A stretch of 64,000 nucleotides of DNA, taken from positions 2,144,001 through 2,208,000 of the forward strand of contig OY970166.1 of assembly GCA_963706595.1 (NCBI GenBank), written 5' to 3'. The stretch comes from an uncultured cyanobacterium. Its GTDB lineage: Bacteria > Cyanobacteriota > Cyanobacteriia > Cyanobacteriales > Nostocaceae. Positions within the stretch are counted from its first letter, which is position 1; every line of letters starts with the position of its first letter. A program made the translations under genes and the position numbers. Under the pieces are notes generated by a model that saw only the letters and a list, made by a program, of their open reading frames with translations, made no database searches and was not told the origin of the DNA. Positions 11,639 to 22,288 of the stretch are shown in pieces.

Positions 11639-12694
11639 ATGAAAAACATACTCACATTTATTCTCAGAAGTCAACTTCAAAACAATAAGCAGGTTAAATC
11701 ACAAAATGGCTTTACCCTGATAGAGCTACTTGTAGCTATGGTTATAGCCTTTCTGGTAATTACACCTTTAATGGGGTTTATGATTGACATCCTGAACACA
11801 GACAGGCGGGAACAAGCAAAAACCACGTCAGAACAAGAAATACAGTCCGCACTAGACTATATTGCACGAGACATGGAACAAGCAATATATATCTACGATG
11901 CGGATGGAATTAATGGAAATACAACTCTAACTCCAGCCATCACTGGAATTAAAGCTCAAATCCCACCAATACCAACTGCAACAGATAGAGTCCCTGTACT
12001 CGTATTTTGGAAACGGTCTTTTTTAGGTAAAGACCAAGAAGTAACAGTTTCTGGTTCTGATACCAGAGTAGGTTGCTTAGTGACGCTTCCTGGTGGTAGT
12101 ACGTGTAATGAGCAAGATTATCTTGTTTACTCTTTGGTGGCTTATTACCTAGTCAAGGATAGTAGCGCTACTTGGAACAGCACCACTGCTAGAATTGCTC
12201 GGTGGGAAATTCGGGATGGTATCCGCGATATTACTGGAACCGAAACCCGCACAGAAGGTTCCACCACTGTTAAATATCTTTTGTTACCCAACCCTGGTTT
12301 TATGGCATTTGACACCTCTTTAGAAGGGGATTTAGGTACAAAGTTGGGTAACTGGACAAAACACTCAGAAGCCTACAATTTTACTGTCAATCGTTTAAAT
12401 ACCTTAGTTGATTTCATCGACCAAACTACAAATGCAGATGGATCTCCCGCACCAGTTTGTAATTCAGATGAGCAACAAGTGCCAAACTATGGCGCAACTG
12501 GTTTTCCTGCGGCTTTGAAAACAGGCAGTTTCTATGTTTGTGTAAATTCTGAAAAATATGTAGCACGAATTCATATTAGAGGTAATGCATTAGCTCGAAC
12601 TACAAACGGTGCTGAATATAGTCCTCAGCAGGCTATATATTTTCCAACTGCAAGTATCCAGATTAAAGCTCGTGGGTTCCTTGGTCTTGAATAA
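11639..12694 (+). CDS. hpsC: Hormogonium polysaccharide secretion pseudopilin HpsC
   Basis: NG/FTLIELLVAMVI; ALDYIARDMEQAIYIYD; VPVLVFWKR. Confidence 0.8.
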   Translation: MKNILTFILRSQLQNNKQVKSQNGFTLIELLVAMVIAFLVITPLMGFMIDILNTDRREQAKTTSEQEIQSALDYIARDMEQAIYIYDADGINGNTTLTPAITGIKAQIPPIPTATDRVPVLVFWKRSFLGKDQEVTVSGSDTRVGCLVTLPGGSTCNEQDYLVYSLVAYYLVKDSSATWNSTTARIARWEIRDGIRDITGTETRTEGSTTVKYLLLPNPGFMAFDTSLEGDLGTKLGNWTKHSEAYNFTVNRLNTLVDFIDQTTNADGSPAPVCNSDEQQVPNYGATGFPAALKTGSFYVCVNSEKYVARIHIRGNALARTTNGAEYSPQQAIYFPTASIQIKARGFLGLE

Positions 12695-12707
12695 ACTGGA
12701 GCAGAAT

Positions 12708-13349
12708 ATGCATAATTCAATTGTATTAGAAGTTTTAAAAAAATACTTGAAAATTAGACTCCCTAACAGTTCAAAGTCACATTTACTAACAAGTAGCTCT
12801 CAATCTGTGGGTCTTTCTCAATCAAGTGCTGGGTTTACCATGATAGAACTCATAGGAGTGGTAGTCATGATTGGAATTTTAGGAGCTATAGCGGCTCCCG
12901 GATGGCTGGGTTTCGTTAATAGACAACGGGTGAATAAAGCTAATGACGTTGTTTTAGTTGCCTTACGGGAAGCACAGCGAGAAGCTAAAAGAACAAAACG
13001 TGATTACAGCGTCAGTTTTAGAACTGACGCTGATATTCCCCAAATTGCAATTCATCAAGGTACAACACCAAGCAATTGGCGAAACTTAGGCGAGGATGTG
13101 GGAATTAAAGCGGGAGAAGTATTGCTTAGTAATATAGAATCTGATGATGACCCACAAACAATCACGTTTGATTATATGGGAACTTTGCCAAATGCTGACT
13201 TCGGCACACCACCAGACGGCTCAACAGAAGCACCAGGATTAAAAATTGTGGTAGCCGTACCCGATTCTAATATACAGCGATGTGTAATAGTGAAAACTCT
13301 CTTAGGCTCAATGCTCACAGAAAAAGATGATCAATGTGATCATGAGTAA
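12708..13349 (+). CDS. GspH/FimT-like pseudopilin (HpsD by position)
   Basis: AG/FTMIELIGVVVMIGILGAIAAPGW; ATG 12708 preceded by GGAG. Confidence 0.8.
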   Translation: MHNSIVLEVLKKYLKIRLPNSSKSHLLTSSSQSVGLSQSSAGFTMIELIGVVVMIGILGAIAAPGWLGFVNRQRVNKANDVVLVALREAQREAKRTKRDYSVSFRTDADIPQIAIHQGTTPSNWRNLGEDVGIKAGEVLLSNIESDDDPQTITFDYMGTLPNADFGTPPDGSTEAPGLKIVVAVPDSNIQRCVIVKTLLGSMLTEKDDQCDHE

Positions 13350-13568
13350 GTCAAATTTATTTGGTTGAAAAAGTATACCAAAAACCGTATAAACACGGTA
13401 TATAAAACACGTCCTAAATAGGATAATCAGAACATCAGGGGCAGTTTATTTAGTTTTATATATTAATTTTGTAGCTGCTAGAAAAATCGCCCTAATTTGT
13501 GCCTAACCAGATTTTAAATCTTACTAAATTAGGGTAATAAAACTTATTTAAGTTAAATCAGGGGAGCT

Positions 13569-14552
13569 ATGCCTACTAAACTTAATTTTACCGTGGCTAT
13601 ACCAACCTACAACGGTGCAAGTCGTTTACCTGAACTACTAGAACGACTGCGAAATCAAATCTACACCGAAAATTTAGCTTGGGAAATCATTGTTGTAGAC
13701 AATAACAGCACAGATAACACGGCTGAACTTATCAAAAGTTATCAAGAAAATTGGCCATGTTCTTATCCCTTAAAATATTGCTTTGAAGCCCAACAGGGAG
13801 CAGCTTATGCCAGAAAAAAGGCTGTGGAAGTAGCTTCAGGCGAACTTATAGGTTTTCTGGATGATGACAACTACCCAGCACCTACATGGGTCGCAGCCGC
13901 TTATACTTTTGGGGCGCAGCATCCACTGGTTGGAGCTTATGGAGGCCAAGTTCATGGTGCTTTTGAAGTTGAACCACCAAAAAATTTTGATAAAATAGCT
14001 TCTTTTTTAGCAATTACCGAGCGAGGTACAGAACCCCATCGTTACGAACCTCAAATGAAAATCCTACCACCAGGAGCCGGTTTAGTCGTTCGTAAACAAG
14101 CATGGGAAAAAACAGTTCCTCAAAATTTGGTTCTAAATCACAAAGGTAGAGAAGCTGGGTTAGCCAGTGAAGATTTAGAAGTTGTATTACATATTCAGTT
14201 GGGTGGTTGGGAAGTTTGGTATAACCCAGAAATGCACGTTTACCATCAAATCCCGGCATGGCGATTACAAAAAGAACACTTAGTTAGTATATTTCGCTGC
14301 GTTGGCTTAAGTCGGCATCACTTACGGATGCTGAGAACTCAACCTTGGCAAAGACCTTTAGCCAGTCTGCTATATTTAGTTAATGATTTACGCAAAATCA
14401 TAGTTCACTCATTTAAACATCGTAGAGCAGTACAAAAAGATTTAATTGCCGCTTGCGAAATTGAACTATTAGTTAGTAGTTTACTCAGTCCATTTTTCTT
14501 GTTAAAACTTAGATACTTTAATTATTTGTTTTTTCAACAAAAAATATCATAA
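13569..14552 (+). CDS. hpsE: GT2 glycosyltransferase HpsE
   Basis: VAIPTYNG, IIVVDNNSTD, FLDDDN, SEDLE; position in the hps locus. Confidence 0.8.
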   Translation: MPTKLNFTVAIPTYNGASRLPELLERLRNQIYTENLAWEIIVVDNNSTDNTAELIKSYQENWPCSYPLKYCFEAQQGAAYARKKAVEVASGELIGFLDDDNYPAPTWVAAAYTFGAQHPLVGAYGGQVHGAFEVEPPKNFDKIASFLAITERGTEPHRYEPQMKILPPGAGLVVRKQAWEKTVPQNLVLNHKGREAGLASEDLEVVLHIQLGGWEVWYNPEMHVYHQIPAWRLQKEHLVSIFRCVGLSRHHLRMLRTQPWQRPLASLLYLVNDLRKIIVHSFKHRRAVQKDLIAACEIELLVSSLLSPFFLLKLRYFNYLFFQQKIS

Positions 14553-14578
14553 TAAAATTCATAGATTATGTAATTGAA

Positions 14579-15583
14579 ATGGAAAACCCAATTCAAAGTC
14601 AATATTTAGACTTTACTGTAGCTGTCCCCACATATAATGGTGCAGAGCGTTTACCTAAAGTTTTAGATCGCCTTTTGAGTCAAACAGGACTACAAAATAT
14701 CAACTGGGAAATAATTATTATTGATAATAATAGCTCTGATCAGACGGCAGAGTTAGTTTCTAGTTACCAAAATAGCGGTAAATTTAAAGTTAATTTAAAA
14801 TATTTCTTGGAAAAAAAGCAAGGCATACCATTTGCACGTCAAAGGGCGGTAAGCGAAGCTAAGGGCGAATTCATCGCATTTATAGATGATGACAATTTAC
14901 CTGATCCTGTTTGGGTAGCAGCAGCCTATAATTTTGGTCAAAAGCATCCTCAAGCTGGTGCTTGGAGTGGTCAAATTCATGGTGAATATGAAGTTAAACC
15001 ACCTCAAAATTTCAAAAAAATTCAATCTTTTTTAGCTATCCGAGAATACTCTTCTCAAACACATTTATTTGAGCCAGATAATTTAAGATTACCCCCTGGC
15101 GCTGGACTTGTTGTTCGTAAGCAAGCATGGTGTGAAGCAGTTCCAGCTACACCTGCGTTGCATGGAAAACTACCAGGCATATTTGTGCAGGGTGATGACT
15201 ATGAATCATTACTTTATTTACACAAAGCAGGTTGGAAAATTTTGTATAACCCGGCAATGCACATTTATCATCAAATACCACATTGGCGATTAGAAAAAGA
15301 TTATTTACTAACTTTAGCCCGTGGTTGTGGATTGTGTGTTTTTCAATTACGTTTGGTTAATGCTAAAACCTGGGAAAAACCCATAATTTTTATCAAAACT
15401 ATTTTGGGCAACTTTCGCAGAATATTCAAATATTTGCTCAAACATAAAAATCAAATAAAGCATGATATTACTTTACTTTTTGAACTTGAATTTTACCGAG
15501 CTAGTATGATGAGTCCTTTTTATACACTTAGATGCTATTTTAAAAAAGCTTTTAGCACAAAACAAGCTGTTAATAATGAATAA
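14579..15583 (+). CDS. GT2 glycosyltransferase, HpsE paralogue (HpsF by position)
   Basis: VAVPTYNG, FIDDDN, LPPGAGLVVRKQAW shared with the preceding gene. Confidence 0.85.
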   Translation: MENPIQSQYLDFTVAVPTYNGAERLPKVLDRLLSQTGLQNINWEIIIIDNNSSDQTAELVSSYQNSGKFKVNLKYFLEKKQGIPFARQRAVSEAKGEFIAFIDDDNLPDPVWVAAAYNFGQKHPQAGAWSGQIHGEYEVKPPQNFKKIQSFLAIREYSSQTHLFEPDNLRLPPGAGLVVRKQAWCEAVPATPALHGKLPGIFVQGDDYESLLYLHKAGWKILYNPAMHIYHQIPHWRLEKDYLLTLARGCGLCVFQLRLVNAKTWEKPIIFIKTILGNFRRIFKYLLKHKNQIKHDITLLFELEFYRASMMSPFYTLRCYFKKAFSTKQAVNNE

Positions 15584-16553
15584 CTTACGTCAAATATTCC
15601 CACAAATATCTGTAGTTATCCCAGCTTATAATTGTGAGAAAACTATTCAAGCAACAGTTGAATCTGTTCTCAATCAAACTTTTACTAATTTTGAATTAAT
15701 TATTATTAATGATGGTTCGCAAGATTCGACATTAGATAGAGTTTCGCAAATTAAAGACACCAGAATTAAAGTATTTTCTTATCCAAATGCTGGCGGAAAC
15801 GTGACTCGCAATCGTGGACTACACCATGCAATTGGCGAATTTGTCAGCTTTCTTGATGCAGATGATATTTGGACACCTGATAAACTGCAACTCCAGTTAC
15901 AGGCTTTGCAAAATAATCCAGATGCTCAAGTTGCTTATAGTTGGACTGATTATATTAACGAAAATGGCGAAATATTTCTTTCAGGTACACACATTACTGC
16001 AAATGGAGATGTTTATGAGAAGTTGATAATCACTAACTTTTTAGAAAGTGGTTCTAATCCTTTAATTCGTAGGGAAGCTGTACTAGAATTAGGTGGATTT
16101 GATGAATCTTTACCAGCTGCTCAAGATTGGGATATGTGGTTAAGATTAGCAGCGCGATATTCTTTTGTCGCTGTTCCTTCAGTACAAATATTATACCGAG
16201 TTAGTGCTAATTCCGTTTCTTCTAATCTTGCCAAGCAGGAAAAATATTGTTTGCAGGTAATTACAAATGCTTATCATGCCAAAGGTTTAAATAATCAAAA
16301 TATTCTCAATTTGAGTATGACTAACCTGTATAAATATCTAACCTGCAAAGCTTTAAATAAACCACACAACAGACAAAAGGGTATAGCTGCTGCTGGCTTT
16401 TTGTGGAAATATTTTATTTATGATAATTCCAGATTTAAACGAACAAAATTTACATTAAAATTATTATTAAAAATTAGCATAATCATTTTTTTACCTGATA
16501 ATTTATCTACCCAATTTTTTGAGAATCGAAAAACAGTTAATTTAAAAACCTAA
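15576..16553 (+). CDS. GT2 glycosyltransferase (HpsG by position)
   Basis: SVVIPAYN, IIINDGSQD, FLDADD, QDWDMWLRL. Confidence 0.88.
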   Translation: MNNLRQIFPQISVVIPAYNCEKTIQATVESVLNQTFTNFELIIINDGSQDSTLDRVSQIKDTRIKVFSYPNAGGNVTRNRGLHHAIGEFVSFLDADDIWTPDKLQLQLQALQNNPDAQVAYSWTDYINENGEIFLSGTHITANGDVYEKLIITNFLESGSNPLIRREAVLELGGFDESLPAAQDWDMWLRLAARYSFVAVPSVQILYRVSANSVSSNLAKQEKYCLQVITNAYHAKGLNNQNILNLSMTNLYKYLTCKALNKPHNRQKGIAAAGFLWKYFIYDNSRFKRTKFTLKLLLKISIIIFLPDNLSTQFFENRKTVNLKT

Positions 16554-16681
16554 GTGATTCGGTGTAAATATTTAAAGGGTTGTATTCGCGAATGAAGGGC
16601 TGAAGCCCTCACTACAAACGGCCGCCAACTGACTTAAAGTTTCTTGTTTCTTGTATCTTTATCTAATTTCAGTTAATTTCT

Positions 16682-17236
16682 GTGCATCTACCACCTTTAT
16701 TTAAACCTAAAAATTTATTGAGAGATGGCCACCCTCGTGGCTTCACATTGTTAGAGATATTGGTAGCTTTGGTAATGATTGGTATATTGTCAGCTATAGC
16801 TGCTCCTAGCTGGTTAGCTTTTGTAGAAACTCAGCGCCTCAAGACTGGCCAAAGTCAAGTATATAGTGCTATGCGCCAAGCCCAAAGCCAAGCCAGCAAA
16901 GACAAATTAACTTGGCAAGCTAGTTTTCGTGAACAAAATAGCATTGTCCAATGGGCGGTTCATCCTGCTACTGTTAACCCTTCTGATGCTATCTGGAATA
17001 ACCTGGATTCAAATATACGCCTTGATTCTGAGACAACTTTGCAAGAATCAAATGGTGTCAGAAGAATTCAATTTGACTATACAGGTAGTGTCAGGCAACC
17101 ACCACTAGGACGAATTACCCTATCTAGCCAGTCTGGTGGTACAGCCAAGCGTTGTGTGATTGTTTCTACTATTTTAGGGGCAATGCGAACAGCAAAAGAG
17201 CAGACTAATCCCAATGATGGCAAATATTGCTATTAA
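16682..17236 (+). CDS. GspH/FimT-like pseudopilin (HpsH by position)
   Basis: RG/FTLLEILVALVMIGILSAIAAPSW; C-terminal KRCVIVSTILG. Confidence 0.82.
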   Translation: MHLPPLFKPKNLLRDGHPRGFTLLEILVALVMIGILSAIAAPSWLAFVETQRLKTGQSQVYSAMRQAQSQASKDKLTWQASFREQNSIVQWAVHPATVNPSDAIWNNLDSNIRLDSETTLQESNGVRRIQFDYTGSVRQPPLGRITLSSQSGGTAKRCVIVSTILGAMRTAKEQTNPNDGKYCY

Positions 17237-17246
17237 GATATTTTAA

Positions 17247-17912
17247 GTGAATTACTTAAGGTATCCCGTGCCGAAATTATCAGACATTGCTAAACAGCAC
17301 TTAATTATTTTTACTCGCTACCCAGAACCAGGGAAGACCAAAACCCGACTCATTCCCGCTTTGGGTGCTGTGGGCGCTGCCAACTTACAACGGCAGATGA
17401 CAGAACATACAATACTTCAGGTTCAACAACTGCAAAAAACCACTGCTATATCTTGGGAAGTGCGGTTTGCCGGTGGTAACTCCCAACTCATGGAACACTG
17501 GCTGGGGTCTAATTTAGTATACCATCCTCAAGGTGAAGGTGATTTAGGTGCGCGGATGGCGCGATCGCATACCCAAGCCTTTGAATCTGGTGCAGAACGA
17601 GTCATAATCATTGGCATCGATTGTCCTGGAATCAATTGTGACATCCTTGCCCAAGCCTTTGAGCAGCTACACACTCATGATCTCACACTAGGCCCAGCCC
17701 TTGATGGTGGTTATTACTTAATTGGGTTGTGTAACCCGATTCCCGAAATATTCGTTAATATCGATTGGGGAACCAGTCAAGTATTACAGCAAACTGTGAA
17801 TATTGCCGAAAAGCTGAAAATATCCCTGGCATACTTGCCTCCTTTAGCTGATATTGACCTTCCGGAGGATTTACAAATTTGGGAACAAACCCTGAACAAA
17901 ACAACTAAATAA
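17247..17912 (+). CDS. DUF2064/TIGR04282-like glycosyltransferase (start may be GTG 17268)
   Basis: IFTRYPEPGKTKTRL, QGEGDLGARM, IGIDCP, LGPALDGGYYLIG, DIDLPEDL. Confidence 0.85.
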   Translation: MNYLRYPVPKLSDIAKQHLIIFTRYPEPGKTKTRLIPALGAVGAANLQRQMTEHTILQVQQLQKTTAISWEVRFAGGNSQLMEHWLGSNLVYHPQGEGDLGARMARSHTQAFESGAERVIIIGIDCPGINCDILAQAFEQLHTHDLTLGPALDGGYYLIGLCNPIPEIFVNIDWGTSQVLQQTVNIAEKLKISLAYLPPLADIDLPEDLQIWEQTLNKTTK

Positions 17913-18248
17913 TGCTGAGGTATGGAGGTGAGAAATTGCGGGGAAATTCCCATAAAAATCACTTAATGTATCTCTTTATATCTTCTTCATATTCAGCCAG
18001 ACTTTTATCCCTACTTAGCTTCGTATCTTGAACTACCTAGTGTTTCCTGAAGACAGTTCCGAAAACAAATGTTACCTTAGTGTAGTTAAAAATCTAATTG
18101 CATAAAATCTATACAAGTGTATAACTAGCTGATACTTTTGTATAACAGTTAAGTTAATGAAATAAGTTTCATACAAGAGTTAGAGAAACTAAATTCAAGT
18201 AACTTTCAATAGGATAATCACTCTGATACACCAAACAATTGCCAAATT

Positions 18249-19088
18249 ATGACTAATCGGATTGCTTCTGGAAACGCCCCCCTCACACTCAAAGTAGTGG
18301 GGATAATTTTAGTTTTGTCCTTTTTACTAGACTTTTTAATTCTGTTGTTGCCCTTCCAACCAACTGATAGGGGATGGCAAATCAATCTAGCCACAGCGTT
18401 AGTTGACAGAGGTATTGTGCCTTTGGTTGGTATAGGAATGCTATTCGTCGGCTATTGGATTGATAGTTTTGGTGAAGGCGATCGCCCAAAACCTCTAGAT
18501 GTCAGATTTCCTGTTTTGGTACTCTCCAGTGTCTTAGGACTATTTTTCTTGCTGATTTTTCCCTTGCACTTGAACAATGTCCGACAAGCTAGCGCTCAAA
18601 ACGTCGTTCAAATCCGCCAAGATGCCGAACAAGCAGAAAACCAACTGCAAAATCAATTATCTCAATTCCAAGCCCAAATCAGCAACGAGCAAGGAAAAGC
18701 TCAACTAGAACAGCTGCGAAACCAAGCCAGAAATCAGTTTAGCGAGTTGCTCAAAAACGAGCAAACATACCAACAAGCCTTAAATAACCCCCAACTTCCC
18801 GCAGCCCAAAAAGATTTACTCAGGAAGTTTAAAGAAAATCCCCAAGAACTAGAGGACTTCATCAAGCAGCAAACAGATCCCCAAACACAAGCTACTCAAA
18901 GAGTTACCCAAATTCGCCAACGTCGAGAAGCAGCAGAAAAACAAGCCAAAGACAACGCTTGGAAATCTGGACTGCGAATTGGGATTAGTAGTTTGCTCTT
19001 ATCCATTGGTTACATGATCATTGGCTGGACAGGTTTACGGAGTATGGGTGTTTTACAAGGTGGTAAACGCAAAGTAGCCGCACGCTAG
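18249..19088 (+). CDS. hpsJ: HpsJ family membrane protein
   Basis: Three N-terminal TM helices, WQINLATALVDRGIVPLVG, Gln-rich coiled coil, C-terminal TM. Confidence 0.75.
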   Translation: MTNRIASGNAPLTLKVVGIILVLSFLLDFLILLLPFQPTDRGWQINLATALVDRGIVPLVGIGMLFVGYWIDSFGEGDRPKPLDVRFPVLVLSSVLGLFFLLIFPLHLNNVRQASAQNVVQIRQDAEQAENQLQNQLSQFQAQISNEQGKAQLEQLRNQARNQFSELLKNEQTYQQALNNPQLPAAQKDLLRKFKENPQELEDFIKQQTDPQTQATQRVTQIRQRREAAEKQAKDNAWKSGLRIGISSLLLSIGYMIIGWTGLRSMGVLQGGKRKVAAR

Positions 19089-19123
19089 TTAACTATCAAT
19101 AGACATCTAGTGACAATAAAATC

Positions 19124-19150
19124 TAGAGACGTTCGGTGGAACGTCTCTAC
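19124..19150. repeat. REP-like palindrome (G)TAGAGACGTT-N-AACGTCTCTAC
   Basis: Same family at 31537-31564, 52669-52696 and 54848-54875; degenerate copy near 29267-29292. Confidence 0.75.
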
Positions 19151-19195
19151 AAGAGTTAACCACAGCAATTAACAAAATTATTAAAAAATTGAACA

Positions 19196-20107
19196 ATGTT
19201 ATCAATTTATATCCTGACATATAACGAAGAGTTAGATATTGCGGCTTGTATTGAGTCCGCCATGCTATCAGATGACATTATTGTTGTAGACTCATGCAGT
19301 AGCGATCGCACAGTAGAAATTGCCAGTCGTTACCCTGTTCGCACCGTCCAACACGCCTTTGAAAGCCACGGACTACAACGCACCTGGATGCTCGAATCTA
19401 TTCCCCCCAAATATGAGTGGGTATACATCCTCGAAGCCGATGAACGCATGACACCAGAACTATTTGCCGAATGCGTACAAGCCACCAAAAACCCCGACTA
19501 TATCGGCTACTACGTCGCCGAACGGGTAATGTTCATGAATCATTGGATTCGCTACAGCACCCAATATCCCCGCTATCAAATGCGTCTGTTCCGCCACGGT
19601 AAAGTCTGGTTTACAGATTATGGTCATACTGAGCGCGAAGTATGTAACGGTGCTACCAGTTTCATCAAAGAAACATATCCTCACTACACTTGTGGCAAAG
19701 GTTTAACCCGTTGGATTGAAAAACATAACCGTTATTCTACAGACGAAGCCAAAGAAACCTTGCATCAAATTGAACAAGGTGAAGTCAACTGGCAAGATTT
19801 ATTCCTGGGTAAAACAGAAGTTGAACGACGACGAGCCTTAAAAGATTTATCATTACGTTTACCCGCCAGACCATTTCTGCGCTTTCTGTATATGTATTTT
19901 ATTTTGAGGGGTTGTCTCGATGGCCGCGCTGGCATAGCTTGGTGTACATTACAGGCATTTTACGAATACCTGATTTTGCTTAAAGTTTGGGAAATGAAAA
20001 ATATGCCTACACCCAGCTTAGAAATAGGTGTATCTAACAGTGAACAGAACACAGCACAAACCATTGAGACTGTGCCAAAAGCAGCAAAGAAATTTGATGC
20101 AGTTTGA
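19196..20107 (+). CDS. GT2 glycosyltransferase, KdtX/beta-1,4-glucosyltransferase-like (HpsK by position)
   Basis: ILTYNEE, VVDSCSSDRT, ILEADE, KHNRYS. Confidence 0.85.
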   Translation: MLSIYILTYNEELDIAACIESAMLSDDIIVVDSCSSDRTVEIASRYPVRTVQHAFESHGLQRTWMLESIPPKYEWVYILEADERMTPELFAECVQATKNPDYIGYYVAERVMFMNHWIRYSTQYPRYQMRLFRHGKVWFTDYGHTEREVCNGATSFIKETYPHYTCGKGLTRWIEKHNRYSTDEAKETLHQIEQGEVNWQDLFLGKTEVERRRALKDLSLRLPARPFLRFLYMYFILRGCLDGRAGIAWCTLQAFYEYLILLKVWEMKNMPTPSLEIGVSNSEQNTAQTIETVPKAAKKFDAV

Positions 20108-20580
20108 GTTTACCTAAGTTGTGAGCTTAATATCAGGATTTTTACCAACATCTGCCTTTCCCACATCCCCAGACTTTCTGATATCCGAAGATATTTTGGG
20201 AAGTTATATTGAATTAATATTCTAAATTTTCAGAAAAATCAATTACAACTTCACCACCTGATTCGCATCCTCCTCTCGCTGTACTGTCATACTTACAGAA
20301 TTATCAGCAGTTTTGAAGAGAGCGCGGTAAGATGAGTAATATGTCAGCAACTTGCAACAAACGTTTACAAGTCTGACACAGAAAAGTAACACTTTCAAAG
20401 TTAAATCAGCCATCATCTTGGTTGGTAAGTGTCCATACGCACTCTTCTAGGAAAATACTAATTTTCTAGGAATAAGTGTATATTTTTATAGCATGATTTC
20501 AGATGCTGACAATCTTGGGCAGTTGCTTCAAGTAGTAACTACTACAAGCAATGTCCTCGTAGCTTGACAAATATACTGGT

Positions 20581-21354
20581 ATGAATACTAATAACAAAAG
20601 TTCCAGTAACCTAAAACAGGAGAATAGGGACTTGGGAATTAATCACCTAAAACAGGATTTAAAGAATGACCTGATTGCTGGTTTACTGGTAGTAATTCCT
20701 TTAGCCACAACTATTTGGCTAACCATTACCATCGCTAATTGGGTAATCAACTTTCTCACGAAAATTCCCAAACAACTGAATCCCTTTGACGGTCTCCAAC
20801 CTATACTAGTAAATATATTAAATCTAGTCGTCGGACTGGCCGTACCTCTATTAAGCATTCTCTTAATCGGGTTGATGGCTCGCAATATTGCAGGGCGTTG
20901 GTTATTAGATTTTGGTGAGCGAATATTACAAGCAATTCCTTTAGCTGGGCAGGTATACAAAACCCTGAAGCAGCTGTTAGCCACCCTACTCAAAGATTCA
21001 AACGAAAAATTTCGCAGTGTCATTTTAGTAGAATATCCCAGAAAAGGAATATGGGCGATCGGTTTCGTCACCGGGAGCATGAGTAGCGAAATTCAAGCTC
21101 GTCTGCCTCGTACCATGCTCAGTGTTTTCATTCCCAGTACCCCAAACCCCACCACAGGATGGTATGCCATCGTTCCAGAGGATGAGGTCGTAAACCTATC
21201 CATGCCCATAGAAGACGCATTCAAAGTATTAGTTTCTGGTGGCATCATCGCTCAGAATACACCTCTACCTCCCTTGGTTTTATCCAATGAGCGAAACCTA
21301 GAAGCACAACCCCTAGAAACCAAGCTGCCAATAATCCCCTGGGACGAAACTTAA
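20581..21354 (+). CDS. DUF502 membrane protein
   Basis: IAGLLVVIPLATT, VILVEYPRKG, VFIPSTPNPTTGW. Confidence 0.9.
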   Translation: MNTNNKSSSNLKQENRDLGINHLKQDLKNDLIAGLLVVIPLATTIWLTITIANWVINFLTKIPKQLNPFDGLQPILVNILNLVVGLAVPLLSILLIGLMARNIAGRWLLDFGERILQAIPLAGQVYKTLKQLLATLLKDSNEKFRSVILVEYPRKGIWAIGFVTGSMSSEIQARLPRTMLSVFIPSTPNPTTGWYAIVPEDEVVNLSMPIEDAFKVLVSGGIIAQNTPLPPLVLSNERNLEAQPLETKLPIIPWDET

Positions 21355-21459
21355 AATCAATCCGGCAAAGTCGCCAGTAAATAGATAGTATGATTATCTG
21401 ACTTTGCCACAAGGCTCAACTATTAACCTCTAATCATTAGTGTTTAGGCACTCACCTCC

Positions 21460-22089
21460 ATGCAAGAACGAAAACCCCAGCAAATTGCTCGTGAATTGGC
21501 ACTTTTAAGTCTTAGCCAGTTGCCAATTAACCCGAAAAGATTGACAGAAGAGCATCTACCAAAGTTAGTGCTAGCCACAGTCCGCACTCTGAGATCAGAA
21601 GTGCAAGATACTCTAGATAACGCCACTGGCGAACTGCAACGCAGTAATGAGCGCCTCTTAACTAGTGAAACTCGGGCTTCAGACCTCAACACTGCCAGAA
21701 ACCTCGTCAAAGAGGCTATAAACTACACCCAAACTGCCATCAATCAACTTGGAGCCGCAGTTGAGTTCCCAGAATTGATTCAACTAGCAAATCAAGATAA
21801 AGAAGTGGGCAGATATGCCATCGAACTGGTGAAATTAGTCAACGAACATCGAGTCAGCATCGATGAAGAAATTTCTTTGGCTTTAGTAGATTGGCAAGTC
21901 TCTCGTTTAGCCCAAATAGACCGAGATATTTTGCGAATCGCGGTGGGAGAAATGAGGTTTTTCAACCTGCCAGACAGAGTAGCTATCAATGAAGCCGTAG
22001 AGCTAGCCAAACGCTACAGTGGAGATGAAGGACATCGGTTTATTAATGGTGTGCTGCGCCGAGTTACAGAACAAAAAGCAGCCGTGTAG
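21460..22089 (+). CDS. nusB: Transcription antitermination factor NusB
   Basis: [29 protein letters not shown]. Confidence 0.95.
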   Translation: MQERKPQQIARELALLSLSQLPINPKRLTEEHLPKLVLATVRTLRSEVQDTLDNATGELQRSNERLLTSETRASDLNTARNLVKEAINYTQTAINQLGAAVEFPELIQLANQDKEVGRYAIELVKLVNEHRVSIDEEISLALVDWQVSRLAQIDRDILRIAVGEMRFFNLPDRVAINEAVELAKRYSGDEGHRFINGVLRRVTEQKAAV

Positions 22090-22288
22090 TCTTTCAACCT
22101 GATTTGTTAATTGTTGTGAGCAGAAGCCAGTTGTTTCGGGTGCTTCCCCCCTGTTGAGCAAACTGGCTATGAGAGGTGAGGATATTCGGGAGGCTGAAAG
22201 CCCCACCAGAAAAGGCAACATAATAGTTTCATTAAACTAATAACTAATAACTAATAATTCCAACTCACAACTAATACTTATAGCTGCA

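Noticed and set aside
20532..20545. GTA-N8-TAC NtcA-like site upstream of DUF502
   Set aside because: Spacing to the nearest TATACT is 26 nt rather than about 22, and that box abuts the ATG; such matches arise often by chance.
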